This document shows positions 25,009 through 38,735 of a stretch of 64,000 nucleotides of DNA, piece by piece. Numbering within the stretch: the first letter of the stretch is position 1; every line of letters begins with the position of its first letter. Below the pieces are notes generated by a model. The model was not told the origin of the DNA, did no database searches, and was given only the letters and a program-made list of their open reading frames with translations. A program made the position numbers and the translations under genes. The stretch comes from Octopus sinensis (Eukaryota). The stretch is from assembly GCF_006345805.1 (NCBI RefSeq), contig NC_043000.1:142352001-142416000 (forward strand), written 5' to 3'.

Positions 25009-28000
25009 TTATATATATAATATATATATATATATATACCTACAACGCCAATAAATACCAAACGTTGCTAATCCGATTTTTAGGTTTTGGTTAGCAAAAG
25101 GTGGTCACACTCTTTTCTAGCAAATTATTTGTTTAATGGTATTAAGTATATAGGGCCAAATAATTGACTGAGAAAGCATTAAAATATTATATATAAATCA
25201 GTATTAGAAGAGCATCAGGTAGAAAATATTACCTGTCTTATAGGTGCAACATACATAAATGCACAAACATAAATAACACTATACAAGAATCGTCTGTTAT
25301 CGGCGGCGGTACCCTCATACCACGAGGTTGCAGTCTACTAGGCCTCATTAGTGTGAGATTACCGGTGGCCACATACCAAACAAATGACGTGAGTATATGT
25401 ATAATAGCAGCATATTTTCAGGCACTGGTGTCGCCGATAGCGAGCAGGCTTGTAAAATTTAAGCATGCGTTTCCGAAGCAGTATTAGTACCGAAAAGCAA
25501 TCTTGATATCCAGCTTAACGTGGATGTCTTGTTAGAACAAGGAATCCTACGTTTTTAGCCATGAGAGATCCTCTCATGATGACGCACGATGAAGAAAATC
25601 ACAGGCAAAATCCCTGGGGTTAGTGTTAGGGTGAGGGTATTTTACGTCCCCGGAACACGCATATCACAGGATTTTCATACTTATAACAGAGTGAATGGAG
25701 CAGAGAGATACCCTCCGTATCATTTGCAAGTAATAGTAGCATGTATTTCCTTTAAACTATTCTCTACTGTATTAACAAAGAAAGAATCATTCGGTGAGTC
25801 CGTACAAAGACAGTACTTAAAACTTCTATTGTAACTTCGGTGTTCTTATCCAAATCATCCAGCCTCATTATTCTTACTGATTATTATAAATGGTTTCTGA
25901 AATAAGTACAAACCAGGATATTTAGTTTGTTGCACGAACCAGCCAACTGACTATGACAAAAGGTTTTAAATATATCTTTTCTCTCGGTGGTAAGAGGACG
26001 AAATGTCAAGTTGACCTTGGAGCAAATTGAGTAAAGAGCATCTTCTGCGACGCTCTAACGATTCATCTAAATGATTCCATCACGAATACAATGATTTAAT
26101 AATTCATTATAGAGGGAACATTTGATAAAATCGACTCGAGTTATTGAATGGGGCTTATATGATTGAATATAGAGGCCGGAACGTCAAATAAACAAGGTAC
26201 GATTAGTAACATCGTGGATCGATGGCTAGCGTAATCGGGTCATGATCGCAGGACCATCTGTTCGATTCCCGGAGGCGTGTTGTGTCCATGAGCAAAATAG
26301 TTTATTTCACGTTGCTCTAGTCCACTCAACTGGCAAAAATTAGTCGCACCTGTAATTCAAATGGTCGGCCTTGTCACATTCTGTGTCATGCTGAACCTGG
26401 CTGAGAGTTATGTAAACAGTACGCGTGTCTACAGAGTGCTCAGCCACTTGTACGTTAATTTCATGAGGAGGCTGTTTCATTGGTCGGATGAACTGGAACA
26501 TCGTGGCCGTAACTGACAGAGTGCCTGTTAGAAAGAAAACTAACAGATAAACATTTTAATCGCAGATCGACCGATTAAGCCAGGCAACTTCTATTGCATT
26601 TCTCGTGGTATTATTAAGATTTTAATCAATGTGGGTAGGATCGTTAAGTTAAGTTGAGTTAAGTTAATTTTTTGGCTCAAAAAGCAAAAAGCAAGGCCAT
26701 GTAGGGGGACATGGAGTTATGTACAGGGTGGTGTTCATGCAAAGAGTTCAGGCCATTTCTGGTCAAGAGAGACTTTGAGCCGAGCGTGAGACCAAGAACC
26801 ATGCGGGTAGCCAGCTTCTGGACTCTTTACATAGTCTTCAAAATTCCTTTGTGGCATTTGGCCCCATCATACAGTTCTGACCTCAAAGCGCGTTGAAGTC
26901 AACTGAACCTTTAATTCTGCTGGAATCGATAAATAAACTTTCAGTTAAGATCTGCTACCGAATTAATTAAATAGCACCTTCCACTAAATTTGTACATTTG
27001 CATCAATTCAAGCTATTAAAGGCTGGTGAAGTAATAGAGTGGTAAGTGCGTTGGGAAAAATGCTTGTTTTATTTATTCTGGTTCTCTATGGCCTTTGTTA
27101 TAAGACCACTGGAGTGAACTTAACTATTCATTCTTACAACTTTAATAAAGTACCTATCGAGGAATATAAACGACTATTTTGCGCTCCTAAATTCGAAGTA
27201 TTTTCTCTGTGTAAGGAATTTCAAGCGTGGTGGATAGGCAGAGCCTCAGGCAATATAACTTCTGGTAATGAATAATATTCGACCTGTTCTTAGCTCCAAA
27301 TCTATCGCCATCCTCATCCAAGCTTGTAAATAAAGTAACTAGTGCCATACTGAGGTTGGTATTTATTAATATAAATAATGTTTACGATAATATTAATAAT
27401 TCATTACAAGGAGTGGGTAATTGATAAATTCGATCTCAAAACTTGACTGGAACGCTAATTGTATTATATTCTGGAGGATAAAAGGGGATACGGATCTAAA
27501 CAGGATTTGAAATAAGAACCTAAAGAGCCACAACTATACAATAAAAGGTATTTTATCTGATGCCTTATTGATTCCGTCAGTACACCTACAGTCGATATTG
27601 TTTATAATAATATTGATATAATAATAAATTAATTGTGAACGATATGTTCAACCTTTAAATGCCAGGAAAGGATTCGACCAATGAGTGTGCTGAGACGGCA
27701 AACTAAAGCAACAAAAACAGAAAGTAACACTATTTACTTAAGAGTAAAAGTAAGGCAGTCAGTCATTGTAGGAGGTCATTAGTAGTAGAGTCGTTGTACG
27801 AGTTCTCAGTTGGAGTCAGTGTCAGTTACGTGATATATAGTAGTTAGAGTTAACATCAAGGTAGACGTTTCGTAGTCATTGTCTTGCGGAGCTATCAACG
27901 ATAGCAGGATAGACGAGTCAAAGATAATAAGACGTGGAATAACGCCAGAACATAATAGTGGCAACAAGAATATTACAGCGCCGACAATAACATACAAGGA

Positions 28001-28139
28001 GACGAGGATCCATATTATAACAATATAACAATTGTTAGTCTCCTGCGAAATAATATTTGTCATGCCGAACAATATCCATTTTCCGTTGGTAATGACCTCA
28101 CCAATTTAAAAGTTGTGAAACATCATTTGAAGAAGTCCA

Positions 28140-28312
28140 CCATTTACGAACCTAGTTTCTATCGCCACAAAACTTTTCGCCGGAAGTTGCACAAAGCCGA
28201 ATTTCACGGGAGGGCTGCTATCAGAAAACCCCTACTTGCAAAGCAAACGTTGCAAAACGTTTAGAATGGAATAAAACCTACAGAATTGGTCCCTAGAGCA
28301 GTGGAAGAATAA
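28140..28312 (+). mobile_element. Short Tc1 fragment (same family as 21000-22278)
   Basis: LHKAEFHGRAAIRKPLL..KRLEW..QNWSLEQWK. Confidence 0.7.
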
Positions 28313-28578
28313 GTAAGCATGAGGCATGTACTGTATTGCCTCGTATTTATATCTTAATCTTGGCGTCCCTGCTAATAAGTGCTTCGCCTAGCAAATTATT
28401 TTATTTTCTATTTAGAATTCGAAACCATCGTCCAGGAGAAAGATGGTAAATGTCTTATTTTTCATTCCCTTGGAAGTTTTATCCCTAATAGTGGTTTGAA
28501 TTTCGGCTTTTCCTTCTAGTGTGTTAGATGTCCTATGATAACCATCTCTTATCTGTGTCAATGTACTCTGTATGTATT

Positions 28579-28613
<35 letters not shown>

Positions 28614-30233
28614 ATATATATATATATAATATATATATATATATCGAAATAAGCAAATGGAAAAAATGTCTTGTGTTATCTATTCAACATTACTCGTGTT
28701 TCATTTGCTGATAGACATTACAAACCTCTACAGGTAGGAGAAGCTTGTAAGATATCTCCTATTAGAAAATGTTCACACAAATATATAGATCGAAAGATAA
28801 ACAGAGTTGAATGTGAAAAATGATGTAGACCCGAAACATTATATTTTACTTTCTTTTTAAAAAATTCTGGAAAGGAAGCAAAATTTTGATTACAGGAGAG
28901 TCATACAAGTACTTTCTTTCTAAAAGCATGTGTATTATTGCAAGGGGAGAAAATCTTGTTTCAGTGAGTATTAAAGATGCCTTTAAAATAACTTATTTTG
29001 GGTAGTAATGATGACAGCGTTAATCTCATTTTGAAAGCCCATGTATTGCGACAAAAACCTTTATGAAACTTAGAACTGTTTAATTATATAAGTATTATGA
29101 AATATATATATATCAATTATAACAGACAATGACGCATAAGCCTCAGCGGAAATTATGGAGATCCTATATATTGCAAATGATGCAGTTCCTGTGCTATAGT
29201 ATACAATACATGGAGTTCGGTATTTCAAGAAAACTATGACATTTTATACGTTCTGCCTTTAATAAATACGTACACACAAGCATACATACACACATACATC
29301 CACTCACAAGCACTTATATGAATAACTGTATGGTGCATGTATGTATTCATGCAGGCAGGCTTGTATGTATGCAAACAAGTTGTAGTTTGTTTCGATGTTA
29401 AATCGGCTCCCCATTCAGGGAATTCGTTGATTTGCAGCCAAAAGAAAAAAATGAATATTGAAAGCAAAAAATGAAAAGCAAAGCCAAAACACACCTGGCT
29501 AGAGGATATCCTGTTCAGGAAATTCTCATAATTATATATAGGATTGGCATCTGCTTTTATTAAGCTACTAAGGGATTGATCGCAAAATTTAGTAGTACAG
29601 GCTATATCGTGAAAATGCAGATGCTTATTACGCGAAAGGATATGGTTAAGACTTAAGGATATATCAATCAATAACTTTACACACACCAAACAAAATTCAC
29701 TAAACCCTGTGTAAACGAAATATTACTGGCTACTATTTAGCGGGTCATATGGAATTGAATGGTATATATCAACAGTAGAAGCAGTGAAAATTGTTTTAAA
29801 AAGTGCCAAACGTTTGACCTTATGCATTAGAATGAAAATATGTGATGCTGCTTTTTGTTTGTCTCCGTTATCGGATGGTTTGATAAACCAGAATTACCAT
29901 CAGTAAGCATAAACTGACTGCAAATCATGTAATATAATACTATTTTTGTGGGAGATTATAAGACAAGGCACTGTGGTGTTCTTTAAAAAAATTAAAAACA
30001 CATATTAGAGGTTAGAGGTCATCAGTCAAAGACTCAGCAGGAAAGTAAGGTTGATGAGATCTAATGCTTCATCTATTGGGATAAGAATACTACACCAAAA
30101 CGCATATTCTATACATAGGTTATCTTAATAAGGCGTGCAGTGTGAGGGGTTAGTGAGAGAATAATTGGATGTTTATGAGAGGAAGAAGTGTAACGTTAGC
30201 GAGAAGGCTATGGAGATAGCGAGAGAAACAGAA

Positions 30234-30267
<34 letters not shown>

Positions 30268-31072
30268 TCCAGTCTTCCGAGTGATATTCAGTAATGAACC
30301 AGAAAAAATAATAGATGACATTATGATCTAAGTACTAATAGCGTTGCCAAGTGGACCCCTCCACACATGCAATCACATATTTATACGTACGCACACATGC
30401 ACGCTAACACTCACACACAAACGCGCGCGCGCGCATATCTTTCATATAATTGACCCTAATTACAAGAACAGTCTAGTGCTTAAAATATTTAAAGTCAGTA
30501 CCCACACAAAAAATACGCACAAAAAATAATTGCCCCATTACAACTTTTCCCCTTATTCTTAAGTTTAATATTTACATTCTTTTCTTTACAATTTTTTTTT
30601 TTTTTTAATTCTTCGACATAAACATGCCTACAAGACTATAGAAAACGAACGTTTAAGAAGTGAATTGCTGCTCCAAGCTCTTCAAGGAAATACAAAACAG
30701 TGTAATCAGCTTGAATCGCAATCTCTCCGGTTTCTGTGACTGAAAAGGTGATAACCACTCCGAAATGCTAGTTCTCACAAACTGGGTAGCTAGCGCTGCG
30801 AGCTGATTATCGTGTATTTGCACAATTTGTCTACACAAAGAACTTCTCTCTATGACAAAACACAGTTGCTTTCTTACGGGTTTGAATAGGCCTGAAGCAT
30901 ATTTGAACTGGTAATAACCTGTACAAAAATATTAGTCATATATTTCTAACATATTACCTTGTTGAGCATACGAAGTATTTCTTCGTCTTTGGTTGAATAT
31001 GAACACGATAGATTTGTTCGTCTTGTACCTCCCAGCAATTTTATAATAATAAGACCCTACTATTCGATTGAA

Positions 31073-31370
31073 GGCGCATGGCTCAGTGGTTAGATTGATG
31101 GGCTCACAATCATGAGGTAGTGAGTTCGATTCCAAGGCCAGGCTATGTGTTGTGCTCTTGATCAAGATACTTCAGTTCAATCGGCTATAGGGAATGAGTT
31201 GCGACATCACTGATGCCAAGCTGTATCGGCATTTGGCTTTCCCTTGGACCACACTGGTGGCGCAGAGAGAGGAAGCTGGTATGCATGGGTGACTGCTGGT
31301 CTTCCATTAACAACCTTGCCCGGACATGTGTCTCAGAATGGAACTTTCTACGTGCAATCCCATAAAGGAG
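31073..31370 (+). mobile_element. tRNA-derived SINE (ggcgcatggctcagtggttag family)
   Basis: A-box and B-box gagttcgattcc. Related copies at about 1486-1805, 26222-26530 and 55857-55960. Confidence 0.75.
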
Positions 31371-31439
31371 GATCTTTACACTTTTATTGGTCGATTACTA
31401 GTTACCACACTTGTTGCTTGTTCCTTCTCATGACAAGCC

Positions 31440-31565
31440 TGGCTCATTAGGACCACGTGGAGCTTAGGTGTTTCGCTCATAAACACACACATCACCCGGT
31501 CTGAGATTCGAACTCGCGAACGCTCGACCGCGAGTCCGCTGCTCTTACAACTAGGCCACGTGCCT
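31440..31565 (-). mobile_element. SINE head, same family as 13654-13958
   Basis: tRNA-like head on the minus strand. Confidence 0.7.
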
Positions 31566-33029
31566 CCATTTACCAGAATAATTCATGGATACTTATCTCT
31601 CACACACCCGCAGAAAGATGGGTACTCACAAAAATTTATAGATTTTCAAGTTTTATCGTAAGGGAAATATTGAACTGATTTCTCTAGTTCAGTACATGCG
31701 AGATGCGATGCCCTCTTCTGCTTTATAAATTTCACATATAACATCATCTTAGGCTCCTAACCAGTTCATAATTAGATGCTGAAAGTTTTCAGCAAATAAA
31801 TGCTCTATTAGATAAATCAAGTTGCACCATGTGACTTGTAAAATTCATGCGTATCTAGTTACAACACACACACACACATATATATATATATATCTACATG
31901 TACATATTATATAATGTCATAAAAAACTAATTTATTTCATATGTATTAGATTTCATGCATTTAAATTCTCATTTGATACGAATTTACGTCTCCATATATT
32001 TATAAGCCAATAAGAATGGTTGTCACGTAAGCCATTAGGTCGTTGTGTCAGCACTGCATCTATTTTCACTATTGGCTGCGAGCCCAAACAATCTCTCTCC
32101 CTCTCTTTTTCTCTCTGCCCCTCTCGCACAATATATATCTATTTATCTATCTATCTCTTTTATACATACAGGTACAGACACGCACACTTTGTTACGTATG
32201 TGTGTATGTGCGTGTTGTGTCTGTGCGTGTGTATGTACATTCCTTCATATTCTTATATCTGCATCAGTATATATATATATATGTGTGTGTGTGTGCGCGT
32301 GTGTGTGTGTGTGCGCGTGTGTGTGTGTGTGTTTGCGTGTGTGTGTTTGTGTGCATGTATATGTGTACGTGTATGTGTGTCTTAGTATATGTATATAACG
32401 GGATAAATTGATAGAGAAGTGAAATAGACAGTTCCTCATCCTATTCCCTATCACGAGCACCTTCATCATCAACATCATCAGTATCATCATTGTTATCATC
32501 AATAAGTTCGTCGAGTGGTAGAGTCGGACAAAATACTGCCCTGGTATTCGTTCTGGATTTATATTCCGAGTTCAAATTTGAATGTGTTCTACCTTGCAAT
32601 TTATCCTTCGAGAATAGATAAAATTTAATAGCATTTAACTATTTGGCCTGTTAATCGAATATTCGTTTCCTGCAAATTCGAAGAGTTGTAACTTTTAAGC
32701 AATGAATACTACTATTCCTGCGCCCGCAAGGCGGTGACCTGTCTGAGCCGTTAGCACGCTCAACAGTGTTCTTAGAGGCAATTCACCAGTCTTTAAGTTC
32801 AAATAACCATTCTAAGTTCAAATTCCCCCGAGGTTGACTATGCATCTTAATCTTTCGGGTTGATATATGTATGTCTCGTCTATTTTATAATTATAATAAA
32901 TCTTCCATTGAGGAGGGAGCTCGTTTCCAACAAAGATACAAGGCTCCGTCTTTGGAATGTAGTTAACACAGACAAATTCACATTTGGAACTTGAGAACAT
33001 TCTTGCATATTTTTTGTTCCACTCACAGA

Positions 33030-33560
33030 TTGGACTTGCAATGTACTAATCAGCCGGTCAAAATCTTTCTGAAAATCCCAGTTTATCCAGATTCCCATAA
33101 AAGCATTTACTTACAAAACCTAGTGCTCCAATTATTAGTGTTATGAATATGAATTCATACTCTGGATATAGAAACTGGAGGTTTCGAAGCAATAGCCTAC
33201 AGATATCTTCTTTTTCTTTCAGTTTCAAAGAGATATCTATATCTGCAGGACAGCTAACCTCTATGATGGTACATACCTTTGTCTTTCTGTCCCAAACAAC
33301 AATATCTGGCCTGTTATGCTTCAATTTGACAGACGTTTTGATGGGAATATTCCACTAGTATTCTTTGAGTTGGTGTCTATGAATATATTCCATAATAGAG
33401 GGATTTACTAAGTTTATTTCAGGACAGTCTTTTTTGTGGATGGCATTGTAAGTTGATTTAGCAACAACATTGTGACGCATAAGGCGGTAGTATGTGTGTG
33501 TGTGTATGTATGTATGTTGATAGCTATCACAACGTCTTTAAGTGTACATTCGATTTAGTT
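33030..33560 (-). mobile_element. RLE-type LINE endonuclease fragment (different family)
   Basis: KHNRPDIVVWD...IIEVSCPAD...FITLIIGALG. Confidence 0.75.
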
Positions 33561-34639
33561 CGTCAGATTATTTTCTGAAATATAAATGCCTTCATATATT
33601 CCATGATTCATGTGCTTCATCATGGCATTGCTTTAGATGTGCATGTTTCCATAGTTTAGTGCACCCATGTTGTTGGTAATTTGTGCAAAGAAATATTTTT
33701 TTTATTTGCGAATAATTTTTGTTGCATCCACGACTTCTTGTCAGTCGGACAATCCACTGAGTAGGATTTCCATTGTAGTAATATAGAGAAATAGATGTGA
33801 GTACGTTGTCGGAGAACAGGTTAATAGCCACCGTGGAAGAACTAGCTGATCTGTTTCGTTGGTCTTTCGGGCTGGGACTACTATGTATAACTTCCAGAAA
33901 TTTCTAGCCCGGCAGTGTAACTTAGGAGCACTACCGCTCCGAGATAAAGTCTACAGCGACAGGAGTGCAGTACCGCTTGGCAGAACTGTCCGAGAAGCAC
34001 GCAAAACGATAAAACCTTGCTGCATGCAGTCGTGAATTGCTCGAACTCAGTAGATTTGTGGATTTATGCCAAAAAATTGTTGTCAATTTTTAGGTGAATC
34101 TGACTATGAGCCGAATTCATCAGAAAAACCACCACACCACTTACTTTTAATTTTATAGTGGTGGCTATGATGAAAGAATTTGACTGGCGGATGTGGCTCA
34201 AGCGATTGAGAACAAGGCATTCTTCTTTGGTCAAGCCCTCATCTACTCGTTCGTGTTCCCCTTGGAAATGAAAGTGAGGGTTGAAAGAGAACTACTCTCT
34301 CCCAATGAATTGTCAAGACGTAAGTTACTGAGGCAAAACTGGTCTGAATGAATGAAGCAACCCTTAGTATGTGCCTTTTGATTGGAAAACAACAATTAGG
34401 AGTGGGTTTTGTACCCTTTGTATCTGGTAGGCTCCAGTTGGAGGTTCTTTTGTAACAGGGCTACATGGTCCATGTGTTTCAATATCTTGAGTGTATGTAT
34501 ACCTTTATCTCATTTACCGTGATCTTATGCTGAACACTTCCAAAAATCAGCAGCTTAGTAGGGTTATACAGGGGATATGCTTGTTCGAAAGAAATTGTAA
34601 AGGAACAAATGTAACACGAGTAAGTATGTTCGAAATGCG

Positions 34640-36060
34640 TGCAAAGCAACCGCACTGGATCTTGTCATGCAATGTATGACCATTGCTGCTTTGTGAGTTT
34701 ATCTTGTTCCTTTGAGTCCACATTTGCAAGATTTTTTGATCTTCCGGTAAGATGCTATTTTGATCCATTGCATCTGCCAGTTATGCATTTAACATCTCAC
34801 ACATGATAGGCAGATAGGATACTGGTTTGATGTTGTTAGCAATATTATTCCACCATATTTCTTTGTGGTAAAATATTGTTCTGCTTTTTGTCATCTAATA
34901 TGGGATTTTTCCGTGCACTTAAAGTAACGTGCATAATAATTCACGTTGCTTTCATGACATTCTATAAATTTCTTCAGCCAATATCTCTGAACTCCATCTC
35001 GGTATGCTTCTTTCCTGTCGCTCAGTTTTCAGCTTACACATTGAACGTTCTCCTTCCATATCTTAACATCTCCTTCCGTATATTATCTTGCTGATTACCT
35101 AACCACTCCGTGTTAATGACGTATGTTACCTCATATCTTTTTCCAAAATCTTTCGTTTTCCTTTGCAATTTTGGTGAATGTGTCTTTCTTTTTTGGTTTC
35201 CTGATAAAATCTTCTCTGTTCTATACTGTAGATTTTCTTTTGTCCGTAAAGTTTGAAACTCTGATTATATAGTGTGACTTTTATTATCTTGGCTAGCATA
35301 CGCTGTTTTAGTTCCTCGATTACTACTTTTAACTCTTTAAGATCAGTATCATAGTTCTGTTTCAGCATTTCGTACTTACGATGATTCAGCAGTTCGACTT
35401 TCCTTCTGTCTAGAACTGACAAACCACCCTTTATCCATTTTATGTCACCAAGTATCAACCACTTCCAGCAAAGTTCATAGTACATCTTTATATTCTGTCT
35501 ACTCCCATTACTTAGACATCTTCAATGTTTTCTGCCATCGTAAGTATTTTAGTCTATTAGTTTCACTATTATTGTTGGTGTGTATATAGCTTAAGATTCA
35601 GTTTATTTTTCGTGTTTGCCTATGCAGTTCCCATTGGCCCACTTTCATCACTCCGAATTCCACCGATTATATAACCTCTACGACACGATCTACAAGCCTT
35701 TACTCTTCTCTGATGGTTCTGTCCCGTATCGTTGATTTTTTGAGCGGATTGATCTATATTACTTCCGTATTGTAAGAGCTGTATTGGTCTCGGCCAGGTC
35801 TTCTTTATTGCCACTGTTATGGTCTACTGTCTTGTATTCGTCTTCGGATATTATTTTCTAAATCCTTTCTAGTAATATATCTGGCCCAGTCGCTTATCCA
35901 TTGTTTTGTTATTTCAATGTTCTTCATTGTTATCAATCGTTGTACAGCCTGTTTTTAATATCCTATTATTGGCACTCATTTACACATACGGGTTGGCTTG
36001 GATAGTATCGAAACAACGACCGCATTGATTTCTTTACTTCACTTTTTCCCCATTATTGTA
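34640..36060 (-). mobile_element. Old R4/Dong-like LINE, region upstream of and entering the RT
   Basis: LKVVIEELKQRMLAKI..EQRRFYQE. YRPISCLP-like segment near 34810. Confidence 0.6.
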
Positions 36061-36968
36061 TGCTAACAGTTGTTGGTTGACATTCCAACCCATCATGCCA
36101 TTCAGTGGAACATCTGCTGGGGTCAGTGCCTTTCTCACGGGCGTCCAGTCCCATTTACCCCGTTATGTAATATATTTCTTTTAAAGATTTTATTCATAGA
36201 GGTGATTTTTGTTGTAGAAATACCATCACTAAATGTATTACCACTAACGTTAATTTGGATAACATCCATTCTCTGTATGCGGTAGTTACACTGCGCCACA
36301 TCTCGCACTGGTGTTCCTGGTACTTCACTTGGTTTATTTTGAAAGATGTCCTTGTAGATTGCTTGCCGAACACAACTCACAAGCAGAATCTGCCTGGATA
36401 TATTTTTCGAGGTTTACTTCTCTAGAACTGCGGTTTTATCATTTTAGATGAATCTCAACTCTAGGAGACACGATCCAGCCCAATACTGCCAAGTGCTACT
36501 CTTAAAGTACTTGTTAAAAAGTTCAAACTTACGTAAAGGCTGCTCTCAGTGTATATTGCACAGTTGACGTTAAGGTCTACCCTGAGGTTGTGGTCCTCTT
36601 AAGAAGAGAGAGATATTAGAATTCTCGAGTTAGGTAATCTTACGTCAGAATTCTGCACATGTTTCTTTTCTCTCCTGCTTTTTAGTAGCGCTCATAGAAT
36701 CAATTTTCAAGGTGACTTTCCCAAAGATTTGGATCTGAAATGTTGGGGGAAAGTTTGGATGGTTCTTGCGTATGTAAGTTTCAGTTAACGCAAACTTCGT
36801 TGTTGGAGTTCTTTGTATTTTTACTTCCGTCGTTGGCAGGATGCTCTCTTAGAGGAGAAAAAGGTGGTAGGAGATAAAGGTATCTGATACAAGGTACGAG
36901 AAGCACGTGATGTGTGGCAAATAAGGATCAAAGAGAGTAGGCGGGTGAAAGTGTTATGTAAGACAGGA

Positions 36969-37043
<75 letters not shown>

Positions 37044-37056
37044 TTTTATTAGTATT

Positions 37057-37088
<32 letters not shown>

Positions 37089-37092
37089 TATT

Positions 37093-37161
<69 letters not shown>

Positions 37162-37169
37162 ATTATTAT

Positions 37170-38050
37170 TATTCAGTACTCTTAGTTTTGTCACGTGATT
37201 TCACTGCACTACCGAACACAGATCTGTGTGCCTTGGATATGTGCTTTTCTTTGTAGTGGTACTCTTATTTTCACTGTATTGGAAGTGCTTTTCGTCGGAT
37301 GCGTGCGGTGCCTACTAGTGCTATTTTCTGTACGTTATATATATTTGTATTGTAAGTCCTGGTGTTTTTGTTATATATTTGTCTGAATATATTTTTATCA
37401 TACCTAATGCACCTTCTACGAGAGGAATTGTTTTTGTTTTTAGGCTCCAAATTCGACTTACCTATATTTCCAGATATTTGTATTTTGAAAGTTTCTCCGC
37501 GTCTTTTAGAGAAGCATTGTCATCTGTTGGTATTGAAACATCGATTAGAAAGCACTTTTGTTCTTGGTAATCTCTGACATCTATATCCTGCCTATTGGGC
37601 ATACTTTCTCTGTCTGTGTGTATTAGCATATCCTAGAGTATTGTTGTTTTCTCATGTTCAGTGACCTTTTCTAGCGTGTGCCTATACCACTTTTTTTCTG
37701 CTTTTAATCCTCAGTGTTAGCATAGTTTTCAGTCTATATAATTCCCAACTCTGTCGTGTCTGTGAATATATTCCTTCTCAACCAGGACTAGGCAGCCAGA
37801 GACAATATGATTTATAGTTTTTTTTTTTGCATCATCACATATTCTGTAGTTACTTGTGTTTATTTTCATTGCGTGCTTTTGATGATTTCCTTTGGGAAGA
37901 GTTTGATCTTGTGCTACAATTAAAATCCTTCACCCACTGCTGTGAGTCCTGAGTTTCTCAGTTACTGTTGGGTTTTTGGTTTGTCTATTTCTAGTCTCTT
38001 TAGCTTAAGCCAATGTTTTCCATGAAAGGGCTTTTCTTACCAACGTTTTA
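37170..38050 (-). mobile_element. Degenerate R4/Dong-like LINE 3' fragment (same subfamily as 23144-24745)
   Basis: Clear nucleotide similarity to 23150-24010 including the 3' UTR. Abuts (TTA)n at 36968-37170. Confidence 0.8.
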
Positions 38051-38074
38051 TCATATTATTTTCATTATTGAATG

Positions 38075-38605
38075 AAAGAGCAGTGCATGCCATCAAAGTG
38101 AAACTGGAGTAAAATATACGAAGCCCAGTATACCCATCATGACTACCCGTCTGATAAGAGTACACTAGGCACATGCATCACAACCATATTTGCGCGACAT
38201 GGTGATCTCATATCAAGATAAACAGCACATGACCTTGCAGGTGGGGCCCATTTAGAATTTTCTTCTAGTCGAGTAACCCATCCCGCTCAAAAGGTCCCTG
38301 AATAAGGGTTGTTTAAGGAAGTTGAACGAAACACCCATGTTTCCAGAGGTGAAATATTCAAACCCCAAAGAATGCCTCTCAACACGTGGCTATGGTGCTC
38401 CCCCACTACCTCTGCTCGTGATCAGAGAGGCATATATCGTCAGCCACTAAGGGACATGCTCAACTGGTTAAGGTGAAACCACTGACAAGCAAATCTGTGG
38501 TATTGAGCAGAATATTTGCTGTAGCCCATCTTTTATACGAAGACTAACAATGTACATGATAACACTTCCAATCAGTTAAGATCAGAAGCTATGAGAGCCC
38601 TGTCT
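38075..38605. mobile_element. Interspersed SINE-like repeat between two LINE copies
   Basis: Sharp compositional block (atgccatcaaagtg...atcagaagctatgagagcc) recalled as a common octopus repeat. Not verified. Confidence 0.45.
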
Positions 38606-38674
38606 GGTTCTGCATCAGGGCATTGTTGTTGTTATTATTATTATTATTTTTTTTTTATAATTTTATTATTATTA

Positions 38675-38734
<60 letters not shown>

Positions 38735-38735
<1 letters not shown>

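Noticed and set aside
27806-28072. 88-aa ORF with a hydrophobic segment resembling a K2P channel M1 helix
   Set aside because: The conserved LE motif and pore sequence are absent, and there are no supporting splice sites.
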